Below, piece by piece: positions 56,652-64,000 of a stretch of DNA of 64,000 bases (position 1 is its first letter; the number at the start of each line of letters is the position of its first letter). The DNA comes from a virus. Lineage: Duplodnaviria; Caudoviricetes. The notes beneath the pieces are model-generated. The model had not been told where the DNA came from and made no database searches. It was given only the letters and a program-made list of their open reading frames with translations. Where the stretch lies: the IMG/VR virus record IMGVR_UViG_3300007770_000001; one strand, 5' to 3'. The position numbers were made by a program, and so were the translations under genes.

Positions 56652-57602
56652 TTGGCCAAGGGGGCAGAATTGGGCGCAATACCTGGAACTCTCTTCACGA
56701 GAGTGGAGCACGGCAGCTTTCCTGTATCTCGAAACGGCAAGGGGGTGCGGGTCCAATGGCCCCAGGGGGAACGTTCCTATCCGAACTGGCGTCGGGCTCT
56801 CATCGCCATCTACAACAGGAATCCCGTCCCCGGAGAAGGGTCTGTCGACCCCCATCTGACCTTCAACCGCTACTTCCGGCTGGGACGGTACGCACCGCGC
56901 CGTCCTGCTTCCAATCTCCTGGATCTCTTCACTCCAGATCCGGAGAACCAGGTCACGATCACGCCTCCCTCCCCGGAGCCCGAGATCGATTCCTCCCTGG
57001 CGGTTCAGGAGGAGGCTCTTCAGGAGCCCACTCTTGGGTTCGATCCTGAGGAGAAGTGGCTCGATATCCGGAGGATCTTCTTCTCCGGATTCGCCAAACA
57101 GGCCATCGGGATGGGATACGACCCGGAAGATGTTCTCCAGGACACCTATGTGAAGATCCTGGCGCAGAATGCGGGCCCCAAGCCGTTCAATCCCGAGAAG
57201 GCCAGCTTCGGCCACTACATCTACATCATGTGTCGACACGCTCTGTCAAACTACAACCGACGGTGGTCGGGGAAGCGGCGGAGGGAGCAGTTCGGGACTC
57301 GGAACCTGGAAGGGGAGATGATCGACGTGGCCACCTCCGATATGGCCACTGTTCCCGCCCACCAGGAGGAGAAGGTGGCGTGGAGAGAGGCCCGAGAGGG
57401 TCTGTTCGAGTACCTCGAGATGCGAGCCCAGGAGTTGGGCTTCCCTGTGCGGTATGTCCGTCATTGCATGGAGCGATACTGCCTGGATGGAGCCTACTTC
57501 AAGACCATCGGAGAGGAGATCGGTATCTCTCCCGGTCGGGTGTCCGGTATGGTGCGAGCGCTCCGTGAGGAAGCCCGCACCTGGGTCTATCAGGTCGCGT
57601 AG
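56652..57602 (+). CDS. ECF-type sigma-70 family factor with N-terminal extension
   Basis: Region 2: PEDVLQDTYVKIL...FNPEKASFGHYIYIMCRHALSNYNRR. Region 4 HTH: DGAYFKTIGEEIGISPGRVSGMV. No region 3. Confidence 0.85.
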   Translation: MAKGAELGAIPGTLFTRVEHGSFPVSRNGKGVRVQWPQGERSYPNWRRALIAIYNRNPVPGEGSVDPHLTFNRYFRLGRYAPRRPASNLLDLFTPDPENQVTITPPSPEPEIDSSLAVQEEALQEPTLGFDPEEKWLDIRRIFFSGFAKQAIGMGYDPEDVLQDTYVKILAQNAGPKPFNPEKASFGHYIYIMCRHALSNYNRRWSGKRRREQFGTRNLEGEMIDVATSDMATVPAHQEEKVAWREAREGLFEYLEMRAQELGFPVRYVRHCMERYCLDGAYFKTIGEEIGISPGRVSGMVRALREEARTWVYQVA

Positions 57603-57648
57603 ACAGGCTATCTCCCGGAGCAGTCAGACCTGACTCTGGGAGAACGAA

Positions 57649-58407
57649 ATGCCGGGTGTCTCCGGAGGACAGCTTCGAATCTCCTCCAAGAACCCCTGTC
57701 GTGTCGCAACTACAGGGAACATAGCGGACCTCGCTGCAGGGGCTCCCAACGTAGTTGATGGAAAAACGGTTCTGGTCTCGTCCCGGGTTCTCGTGTGGAA
57801 GCAGTCTACGGCATCCCAGAACGGCTACTATCAGGTAGTCACCCCAGGCACGGGGAGCGATGGGGCGTGGGTGCGGACCGGCGACTTCGTCGACGCTGTA
57901 GACAACCACATCAAGGCCGGCGTCTCCTGCTATGTGCAGGAGGGGGATCTCTACAAAGGCCACACGTTTATCCTGACGACCGAAGGGAACATCGTCGTCG
58001 GGACAACAGCCCTCACATTCTTCCAGGGATTCCCCCAGCGGTTCTTCGCCCACAAGGACTGGCCTGAAGGCACCGCCCAGGCCGGCAACGAACTCGACTA
58101 CAAGCTGTGGTGGCCAGTTCCTACTCGGATCCTGGCAGTCAAGGTCCGGATGGGAACGGTGAACACCCAGGGGACGTACACCCTGGCTGTAACCAACGAG
58201 AACACGACGAACTCAATGTTGGCTGGCGCCACGTTCAACATGAACGACCTCTCGGCGAACACGATCACCGACGTGGGTCTAACCAGCACCGACTCCGACA
58301 AGAAGGTCCCCGCGAACACTGACGTGACGATCACCCTGAACAGCAGCAGTGGTAGCTTTGACGGCTCGAAGATCTACCTCTCGGTCTACGTCGAGGAGAC
58401 CGCCTGA
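57649..58407 (+). CDS. Tail-fibre/virion decoration protein
   Basis: K-x-x-x-RVATT-x-NI...VDG...RVLV-x-x-Q-x-x-x-x-QNG-x-Y...GAW-x-R-x-x-D...V-x-EG...T-x-x-x-I-x-VGTT-x-L-x-F, a module common in phage tail-fibre N-termini. Confidence 0.75.
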   Translation: MPGVSGGQLRISSKNPCRVATTGNIADLAAGAPNVVDGKTVLVSSRVLVWKQSTASQNGYYQVVTPGTGSDGAWVRTGDFVDAVDNHIKAGVSCYVQEGDLYKGHTFILTTEGNIVVGTTALTFFQGFPQRFFAHKDWPEGTAQAGNELDYKLWWPVPTRILAVKVRMGTVNTQGTYTLAVTNENTTNSMLAGATFNMNDLSANTITDVGLTSTDSDKKVPANTDVTITLNSSSGSFDGSKIYLSVYVEETA

Positions 58408-59207
58408 TGGCCACATACGGGAGCAGATGGCAGGCGTTCGACGCCCACGGCACCACTGTGATGAACCAGGCGGGAGGCTTGGTTGAGGTGGCAACGTGGG
58501 ATTTCACGAAGGTGACGAACCACACCCTCACGGGAAGTGGGGACATCGACGACGATTTGGGTGCAAAGATCGTCGGATACAACGTCTTCACCCAGACAGG
58601 CTCTCCGACCCAGACCTTCCAAGTCACGGACGGCACTGGACTCACTTGGTCTCGTAGGGCGGTCAACTCCACCGGAGGGATTGCCTTCGACTTGGTAGAC
58701 GTGAAGGCCCTGCTGGGGACAAATCCCTGGCAGACAGTGTGGGTGATTGACGCCTACTTCACGTCGATGACCGGCTCGGAGGTCACAAACAAGACGTTCT
58801 GCGGGCTCTGCCTGGCTGATGTGAACAACAGCATCTCGAACAATCCCAATCGGGGTGGTCGGGTGATGTACGACGGGACGAACTGGCGGAGAGCCACCCG
58901 CGAGTACGTCTCCTCAGCAACCAATGTCAACTACAGCACGCTGGATGGGAAGCCCGCCTCCGGAGTCGGTCGGCTGGAGGTTCGAGGAAGCTCCGTCACT
59001 GCGGGCTGGCAGGATGATTCCGTAGCGGTGCCGGGTCGGCTGGTCGCCCCTGCTGCGTCTGCGGGGTCCGCCGCTGAGGTGGACGGGTCGATGCCCCTCA
59101 CTCCCTGGACGCATCTTATCCTCTGGGACAATCCGCTTGATAACGCCACGGCCAACACCTATACGCTAACCAAGATCGTGTGGTGGGCGCTGGGGGGAAT
59201 CACATGA
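58407..59207 (+). CDS. Beta-rich putative virion or lectin-like protein
   Basis: 266 aa Thr/Gly/Asn-rich, coupled to the previous gene. Confidence 0.55.
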   Translation: MATYGSRWQAFDAHGTTVMNQAGGLVEVATWDFTKVTNHTLTGSGDIDDDLGAKIVGYNVFTQTGSPTQTFQVTDGTGLTWSRRAVNSTGGIAFDLVDVKALLGTNPWQTVWVIDAYFTSMTGSEVTNKTFCGLCLADVNNSISNNPNRGGRVMYDGTNWRRATREYVSSATNVNYSTLDGKPASGVGRLEVRGSSVTAGWQDDSVAVPGRLVAPAASAGSAAEVDGSMPLTPWTHLILWDNPLDNATANTYTLTKIVWWALGGIT

Positions 59208-59434
59208 GTTCCGTAGCTATCTGGAATTGTGTCTGCCAGAAGTCAAGCGATGACGACGGAAACTCCAACGACAAGATTGAGGTCCACCTCGAAGTTCAGT
59301 CTTCGGAGCTGGTGGGGTTGCTCCAGACAGCGAGCAAGAACAAGGCAGCCCCACAGGGGAAGTGCCCCTACCAGGACTTCGCGATCTCCATGCTGACCGC
59401 GATTGCCGACTGCTGTCCTGAGTTCCTGGAGTGA
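59204..59434 (+). CDS. Small Cys-containing protein
   Basis: ATGA overlap; 76 aa. Confidence 0.5.
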   Translation: MSSVAIWNCVCQKSSDDDGNSNDKIEVHLEVQSSELVGLLQTASKNKAAPQGKCPYQDFAISMLTAIADCCPEFLE

Positions 59435-59826
59435 GCTCCAAGGAGTGGTGGGTATACGTCCTACAGAGCCTACAGACGCGCCGTTCTCGGAAGGGGGCGG
59501 TACTGCCCGGGTTCTTCTATGTAGGGGCTACAACCGACCCTCTTCGACGCCTACGGCAACATAACGGAGAGCTCTCGGGAGGCGGGAAGTTCACTTCCCG
59601 GAATCGTCCGCATATACTCAAGGCAGTGTTCGGGCCATACAAGAACCGGTCGGAGGCAATGAAGGCCGAGAGGGCTCTGAAGAGGGGGAAGAGAGGGATC
59701 AACCGAACGAGGTGGACCCCTCGGGATTCGAAGTGGTGTAGGGGACTGGGAACGGAAGACCCCCGCGTTCTCCAGTCTCGATCCGGTAATGCTGACACGG
59801 GGAGTCTGGATGAATCAGAAACGTAA
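59431..59826 (+). CDS. GIY-YIG nuclease, SLX1/UPF0213-like
   Basis: WVYVLQS...FYVG-x-T-x-D-x-x-RRL-x-QHNG-x-x-x-GG-x-KFT...RP...A-x-x-x-E-x-x-LK. Confidence 0.88.
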   Translation: MSSKEWWVYVLQSLQTRRSRKGAVLPGFFYVGATTDPLRRLRQHNGELSGGGKFTSRNRPHILKAVFGPYKNRSEAMKAERALKRGKRGINRTRWTPRDSKWCRGLGTEDPRVLQSRSGNADTGSLDESET

Positions 59827-60477
59827 ACTGCCGGGGCGCTACTGCGTCTGCGGGCTCCTGGCCACCAGCTACGGGATGGATTCCCTGGTTCGGTGTCCAA
59901 ACTGCTTCAACACCTGGCCTCACTCTCTCACAGAAAGATCCTCGGACGATGGAGGGATCTCGACCTGGTCCTTGCCCCAGCCCAAGGAACCCGCTCTCGT
60001 GTACAGCGAAATCGGATTGCGAGTCATGGCCTGGCGTCGGAAGAACTTTGGCGTGCAGTCCCGAATGCGGAACGTTCTCCAGCTGGTGGAAGAGTGTGGA
60101 GAGGCTTGCGAGGCCAAGCACAGCCAGGAGAACTTCAAAAAGAGCTTGCGGACTCCCTGCTTGCCCTCGCGGCCCTCAGCGTATCCGAAGGTTGTATACT
60201 GCTTCCCCCAGACGACATTCATGAGGGGGTGACCACTGACTCTTTGTTCTGCTTGGTCGGGAAGCTGGCGCGTGTGGTGGGGAAGGAGGATGAAGGGATC
60301 CGTCCCGAGAGCCGGGGGAGTGTGGAGCCCATCCTTTGCCGGATGGCCGGAGTCCTCGAGATGCTCTTCCAGCGGAGGTACAGCCATAGCGCCTCCCTTC
60401 GTCTGACCGTGTATGAGAGGATACAGAGGATGGAATCCCTGGACTTCACCAAGGACCCAGAAGGTGGGGAACGGTAA
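59810..60477 (+). CDS. MazG-like NTP pyrophosphohydrolase interrupted by a -1 frame break at C-AAAAA-G
   Basis: Frame A: W-x-x-x-NFG...LQLVEECGEACEA. Frame -1: KELADSLLALAAL. Together they give the MazG EExGE...ELAD motif. Confidence 0.7.
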
Positions 60478-60494
60478 CTCTGGGGGAGGACGCC

Positions 60495-60947
60495 ATGATC
60501 AACCTGCTCCCCAAAGAGTTCGAAGCGGAAGTCGCCCAGGCTGTAGAGAGCTCGCGTTCTCTGTGGCCGCGAGTACGCGTCTCCCAATACCGAGATCTGG
60601 GCCTGCTTCTGGAGCACCACATCTTCAAACGATGTACTGCCCTCCTCACTCTGGAAGGTAGGTCCGGGGAGGACTTCTTGTCTCTTGAGTCCCGAGTCTC
60701 TCCTGTCGCCAGTTCTGGATCTACCGCAGCGGCTCGTTCCTCATCTCGAGCTACGCTGGACGTGTGTGACGCTGTGGACCACCTCATGCTGGTTCTGGGA
60801 CATCTCCGAGTTCACTTCAAGAAGGCTCCGTGCGACTTCTGTGAGAGCCGGCTGAACACCAAACCCTGCGAGGTCTGCGCGAACGAGAGGTTCCGGACCT
60901 CTCTCCACAGCAGGTACAAGAGAGGGCAGTCTACAGACCCCTCATAG
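60495..60947 (+). CDS. Hypothetical protein with C-terminal CxxC...CxxC
   Basis: GGAGG RBS; 150 aa. Confidence 0.65.
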   Translation: MINLLPKEFEAEVAQAVESSRSLWPRVRVSQYRDLGLLLEHHIFKRCTALLTLEGRSGEDFLSLESRVSPVASSGSTAAARSSSRATLDVCDAVDHLMLVLGHLRVHFKKAPCDFCESRLNTKPCEVCANERFRTSLHSRYKRGQSTDPS

Positions 60948-60959
60948 AGAGGAACGCCC

Positions 60960-61313
60960 ATGATAGGGTACATGAAGGCGCTGATTGCGCAGCTCACGCA
61001 GATCTACGGGGAGGATCCTGGTCCGGGCACCTATCCGATCGTTCTCAAGGGGCGGTTGGACCTGGTTCGGCTGGACGAGGAGAACAAGATCCACTGTGGG
61101 AACTTCGTCCCCGTCGACACCCGCTTCCGCCATCGCAAGAGGGGCTCTACCTACAAGGTCAAGTCCTTCTCCGCGATGCAGTGCGCCGGACCTCTGGACG
61201 GACACCCAATGGTTCGCTACGTCGCGGAGGACCCAACCACTCCTCCCCAGTTCAAGGACAACGTCCGTCCAGCCGCCGAGTTCTTCGACGGCCGCTTCGA
61301 GAGGCTTGGGTGA
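60960..61313 (+). CDS. Protein with DUF1653-like SH3 domain
   Basis: FRH-x-K-x-G-x-x-Y-x-V...MV-x-Y...VRP-x-x-EF-x-x-x-RF pattern. Confidence 0.6.
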   Translation: MIGYMKALIAQLTQIYGEDPGPGTYPIVLKGRLDLVRLDEENKIHCGNFVPVDTRFRHRKRGSTYKVKSFSAMQCAGPLDGHPMVRYVAEDPTTPPQFKDNVRPAAEFFDGRFERLG

Positions 61314-61552
61314 GCTCTGGGGTCCTGGTCGCGCCGGCCCTCACCAAGAAGGAGCTCGCCTACATCGTGATGGGGTTAGGACACAAGAAGTGTATGCTGG
61401 AGACAGGGGACCCGCTCTACTCCCACGCTGACCTCATCCGGATGGACGAGAAGAGCCGGAAGAGGTTCCGGCTGAGGCTCGCGGACCGAGACCAACTCGA
61501 ACAGGCACGCGAAATAGAGGCCCTGATGGCCAAGCTGATGAGGTTGACATGA
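61310..61552 (+). CDS. Small hypothetical protein
   Basis: GTGA overlap. Confidence 0.55.
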   Translation: MSSGVLVAPALTKKELAYIVMGLGHKKCMLETGDPLYSHADLIRMDEKSRKRFRLRLADRDQLEQAREIEALMAKLMRLT

Positions 61553-61860
61553 CCACCGAGAAGTTCAACCCGGGAGATAGGGATCTGAGAACCCAGTCCC
61601 AGATGAGGAAGGTGATCCTTGCAGATCTCATCCGGAAGTTCGCGCGGGGAGAGACCACCCTGGAGGATCTCGAGAAGGAGTACTGGGAACGCACCAACCC
61701 TCCTCAGAGTGCGCTCCTCCCCGAGGACCTCGATTTCCTAGTCGAGCTGGTCGATATCGCTCTCAGGAACCGCCTGACCCACCTGGGTGTTCGTATCGAG
61801 ATCCCACCAGGCCTCAAGGAGCGCCTGGAGAAGGACTGGAAGGCGTCATGCCACAGGTGA
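61549..61860 (+). CDS. Hypothetical protein
   Basis: 103 aa, coupled. Confidence 0.6.
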   Translation: MTTEKFNPGDRDLRTQSQMRKVILADLIRKFARGETTLEDLEKEYWERTNPPQSALLPEDLDFLVELVDIALRNRLTHLGVRIEIPPGLKERLEKDWKASCHR

Positions 61861-62210
61861 TTCATCTCGTAGCAGGAGACTTCACCTCCTGTTCCCGAAC
61901 CGAGCACCTCAACGCAACCACCGAGAGGGAACAGGTCACCTGTAGGTCCTGCCTTCGGATCATGCTCCGACACGCCGAACGAGGTGCTCTCCTCTATGGG
62001 ACCAGCAAGACCGCAGGGAAGTGGCTCGAGAAGCTGAATCGGGCGCGGGCGAAACGAGGCCGGCCTCGTTTCGCTGATTCCGTCACGGAGGCCTTCCAGA
62101 TGAGGATGGGCGCCGCCAGGGATCTCAGGCGTCGTCTGGGCCTTCCTGAGGATGTTCCTGTGTACCAGCCAGATCTTGTAGGTGTCGAGACCCCTGCTTC
62201 CGCAGAGTGA
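61848..62210 (+). CDS. Hypothetical protein with H...C...VTC-x-x-C motif
   Basis: 120 aa; GGAAGG RBS. Confidence 0.6.
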   Translation: MPQVIHLVAGDFTSCSRTEHLNATTEREQVTCRSCLRIMLRHAERGALLYGTSKTAGKWLEKLNRARAKRGRPRFADSVTEAFQMRMGAARDLRRRLGLPEDVPVYQPDLVGVETPASAE

Positions 62211-63108
62211 TCCAGACCTGAAGCGCGTTCTTCACCACCTCTTCCAGAGGAGAAGCCCCTCTGAGAGCATGGATCTGTCGGATCAAGTGGGCGGGGACGG
62301 TTTCCATGAGGAGCGTCCCCTGGTCCCCGTTCCATTCGATGCCCGCATGGAGGGAGCTCAGCCCCTGCTTGGAGGCATGGGAAAACTCGATGCCCTCCCG
62401 AAGCTCGTGGGTGCTGAGTTCCAGACATAGGGTCTGCGGGTCGTCCCAGAACTCGTCGAACATACCAGAGAACTGGTTCTCCCCGGTGTGGCCGGTTGTC
62501 ACGTAGACCTGCCGGAACTCATTCTGCCGGGGATCCTCTATCCTCAGACTTCGAGGATGGCGGCGGGCGGCCTCATCCACCGCCCCCACGAACAGAATGA
62601 GTCCCCTTGTGTCCTGGGGTTGGGCGAACACCCGGAGGGTCGCCAGGCCATCGTGCTCTGAAGAGAGATCCTTGTCCGTCTGGAAGCAGATCTCCCAATC
62701 ACCACCCTGGAGGAAGCGTTCTCGGAGGAGAGGGATCTCCTCTACATCTTCCCGGAGGCTCCGTAGGATCGAGTGGGCATGATTCCGGTTCATCCCGAGG
62801 AGGACTCCGGAGAGCGGGGTGTCTGAGCAACCGACCTTCAGATGGGCTGTCGTTTCGTAGAGGACGATCAGCTTCAGGATATGGGTCTTCCCACTCCGAC
62901 GGCCGGCGCAGAGAAGGAGCCTTCGGAACGGCCCGAACTCCCCTGGGATGTGGTTCAGCTTCTTCTGCTCAAGGAGAGAGCTCGGAAGAGCCTCCTTGTA
63001 GAAGGGAGGTAGGTCGCTCAGGTCCAGATCGTAGAACATCCTCAGGACCCATTCTTGGCCTTTGGTCAAGGGGTATCCGATGGACGCGGCAAACTGGATG
63101 ATGTTCAT
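62125..63108 (-). CDS. Terminase-large-subunit-like ATPase domain without nuclease domain
   Basis: LT-x-x-Q adenine motif, LLCAGRRSGKT, RG, GAVDEAA and VTT; the C-terminus is short and lacks the RNaseH-like domain. Confidence 0.75.
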   Translation of the reverse strand: MNIIQFAASIGYPLTKGQEWVLRMFYDLDLSDLPPFYKEALPSSLLEQKKLNHIPGEFGPFRRLLLCAGRRSGKTHILKLIVLYETTAHLKVGCSDTPLSGVLLGMNRNHAHSILRSLREDVEEIPLLRERFLQGGDWEICFQTDKDLSSEHDGLATLRVFAQPQDTRGLILFVGAVDEAARRHPRSLRIEDPRQNEFRQVYVTTGHTGENQFSGMFDEFWDDPQTLCLELSTHELREGIEFSHASKQGLSSLHAGIEWNGDQGTLLMETVPAHLIRQIHALRGASPLEEVVKNALQVWITLRKQGSRHLQDLAGTQEHPQEGPDDA

Positions 63109-63137
63109 GGGCTTCTATTCCTGCTGCAGGACGTAAC
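63109..63137 (+). promoter_or_regulatory. Phage promoter motif (variant)
   Basis: GGGCTT-N15-GACGTAAC, then GGAG and ATG 63159. Confidence 0.65.
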
Positions 63138-63158
63138 TGGAACGTACCCGGAGAGAAC

Positions 63159-63392
63159 ATGTACAGAAAAGGAACACCGGTAGTGTTGAAGCAGAGGATC
63201 GTCATGGCCGGTCTTGGGCGAACACAGATGGACATCCGTGCAGGTGTCCGGGGCTTCCTTCTCCAGGAGTGTCTCCCCCCGGACACCTGCATGTACGTGC
63301 TCCTCGAGTCGCCGGGGATGTCCATCTCCGTCCAGGCCACTCGGAACCACTTCGACGTCATCGACCAGGAGTCTGACAGATGCCACATATGA
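63159..63392 (+). CDS. Small hypothetical protein
   Basis: 77 aa behind a promoter. Confidence 0.6.
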   Translation: MYRKGTPVVLKQRIVMAGLGRTQMDIRAGVRGFLLQECLPPDTCMYVLLESPGMSISVQATRNHFDVIDQESDRCHI

Positions 63393-63844
63393 CCACTGAG
63401 CTCCCGACGGAGGCGGGCTACTACCTGTTCATCGGGGACCGGGGAGATCATGAAGGGGGGCCCAGGGGTCGTGTCCCTGAGTTGGTCTGTGTCTTCTGGT
63501 ATCGGGGAGAGGTCGGCGGGAGGCTCTCGTACGTGGGGTCTGACTTTTTCTTCCACCCTGAGAAGGCTCGAGGCGTCTGGCGTCGAGTTCAGGTGGAGGA
63601 CATGAAGGAAGCGGAACTCGAGATGCAGCTCGACCGCTTCTTCGAAAAGGCCATGGCCAAGCTCGACAAGTACTCCTGGTACAAACGGGACCGCAAGAAC
63701 CTCCGAAGTCTCCTCTCGGGGAACTCTGGAGACATCAAGATCTACGAGTCGGTATCTCCGCTCTCCATCGATGAGATCGTAGAGCGTGCTTTCCAGAGGG
63801 GTCTCCTCACAGACGAGGTTTCCCAGGATAGCTCCAAGACGTAA
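63380..63844 (+). CDS. Hypothetical protein
   Basis: AGGAG RBS; LPTEAGYY N-terminal motif. Confidence 0.65.
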   Translation: MPHMTTELPTEAGYYLFIGDRGDHEGGPRGRVPELVCVFWYRGEVGGRLSYVGSDFFFHPEKARGVWRRVQVEDMKEAELEMQLDRFFEKAMAKLDKYSWYKRDRKNLRSLLSGNSGDIKIYESVSPLSIDEIVERAFQRGLLTDEVSQDSSKT

Positions 63845-63845
63845 C
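63815..63845 (+). promoter_or_regulatory. Phage promoter motif
   Basis: GAGGTTT-N16-GACGTAAC, then GGAG and ATG 63866. Confidence 0.8.
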
Positions 63846-63865
63846 GTCGGGGAATGGAGACCCTG

Positions 63866-64000
63866 ATGTCCGAAGCCCCCCAGGTCCTGTACCACTTCAC
63901 GTCGCCTCTCTACGCGCCGATGATCCGGCAGCAGGGGATCCGGCGGGGAGACATCACTGTCTCCCTGGAGACAGGGTTCTGCGCTCCTTGTCTGACCGCG
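63866..64000 (+). CDS. Partial CDS running off the window
   Basis: MSEAPQVLYHFTS...; promoter and RBS upstream. Confidence 0.55.
   Translation, partial: MSEAPQVLYHFTSPLYAPMIRQQGIRRGDITVSLETGFCAPCLTA

Overview
This is a 64 kb segment of a GC-rich, large (probably jumbo) contractile-tailed bacteriophage genome. It uses the standard code and is almost entirely on the + strand. All annotation is by eye from sequence motifs; no database search was run. Modules: (1) virion genes: a >1700 aa structural protein, gp25-like and baseplate-J-like proteins, a neck-like protein and a tail-fibre-like pair; (2) replication and repair: SNF2 helicase, DnaC-like protein, DnaB, stand-alone CHC2 zinc finger, family A polymerase, DEDDh exonuclease, NAD-dependent ligase split in two genes, GIY-YIG and PLD nucleases; (3) rIIA/rIIB; (4) host-takeover candidates: ECF-type sigma factor, (p)ppGpp HD hydrolase, actin-like ATPase, MazG-like protein and a class I peptide release factor. 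Main hunt results: an RF1-type (PxT) release factor lacking domain 1 that needs a +1 frameshift at an RF2-type cassette (CGGGGG TCC CTT TGA C) at a position not orthologous to prfB; two intron-less antisense homing endonuclease cassettes that split the 5' end of rIIA and ligA and carry a diverged replacement N-terminus (for ligA also a replacement promoter); a split ligase with its own internal promoter and RBS; and a promoter motif GGTTT-N16-GACGTAA seen 11 times. No tRNA, rRNA or CRISPR array was recognised. Several single-base frame breaks could be biology or assembly errors.
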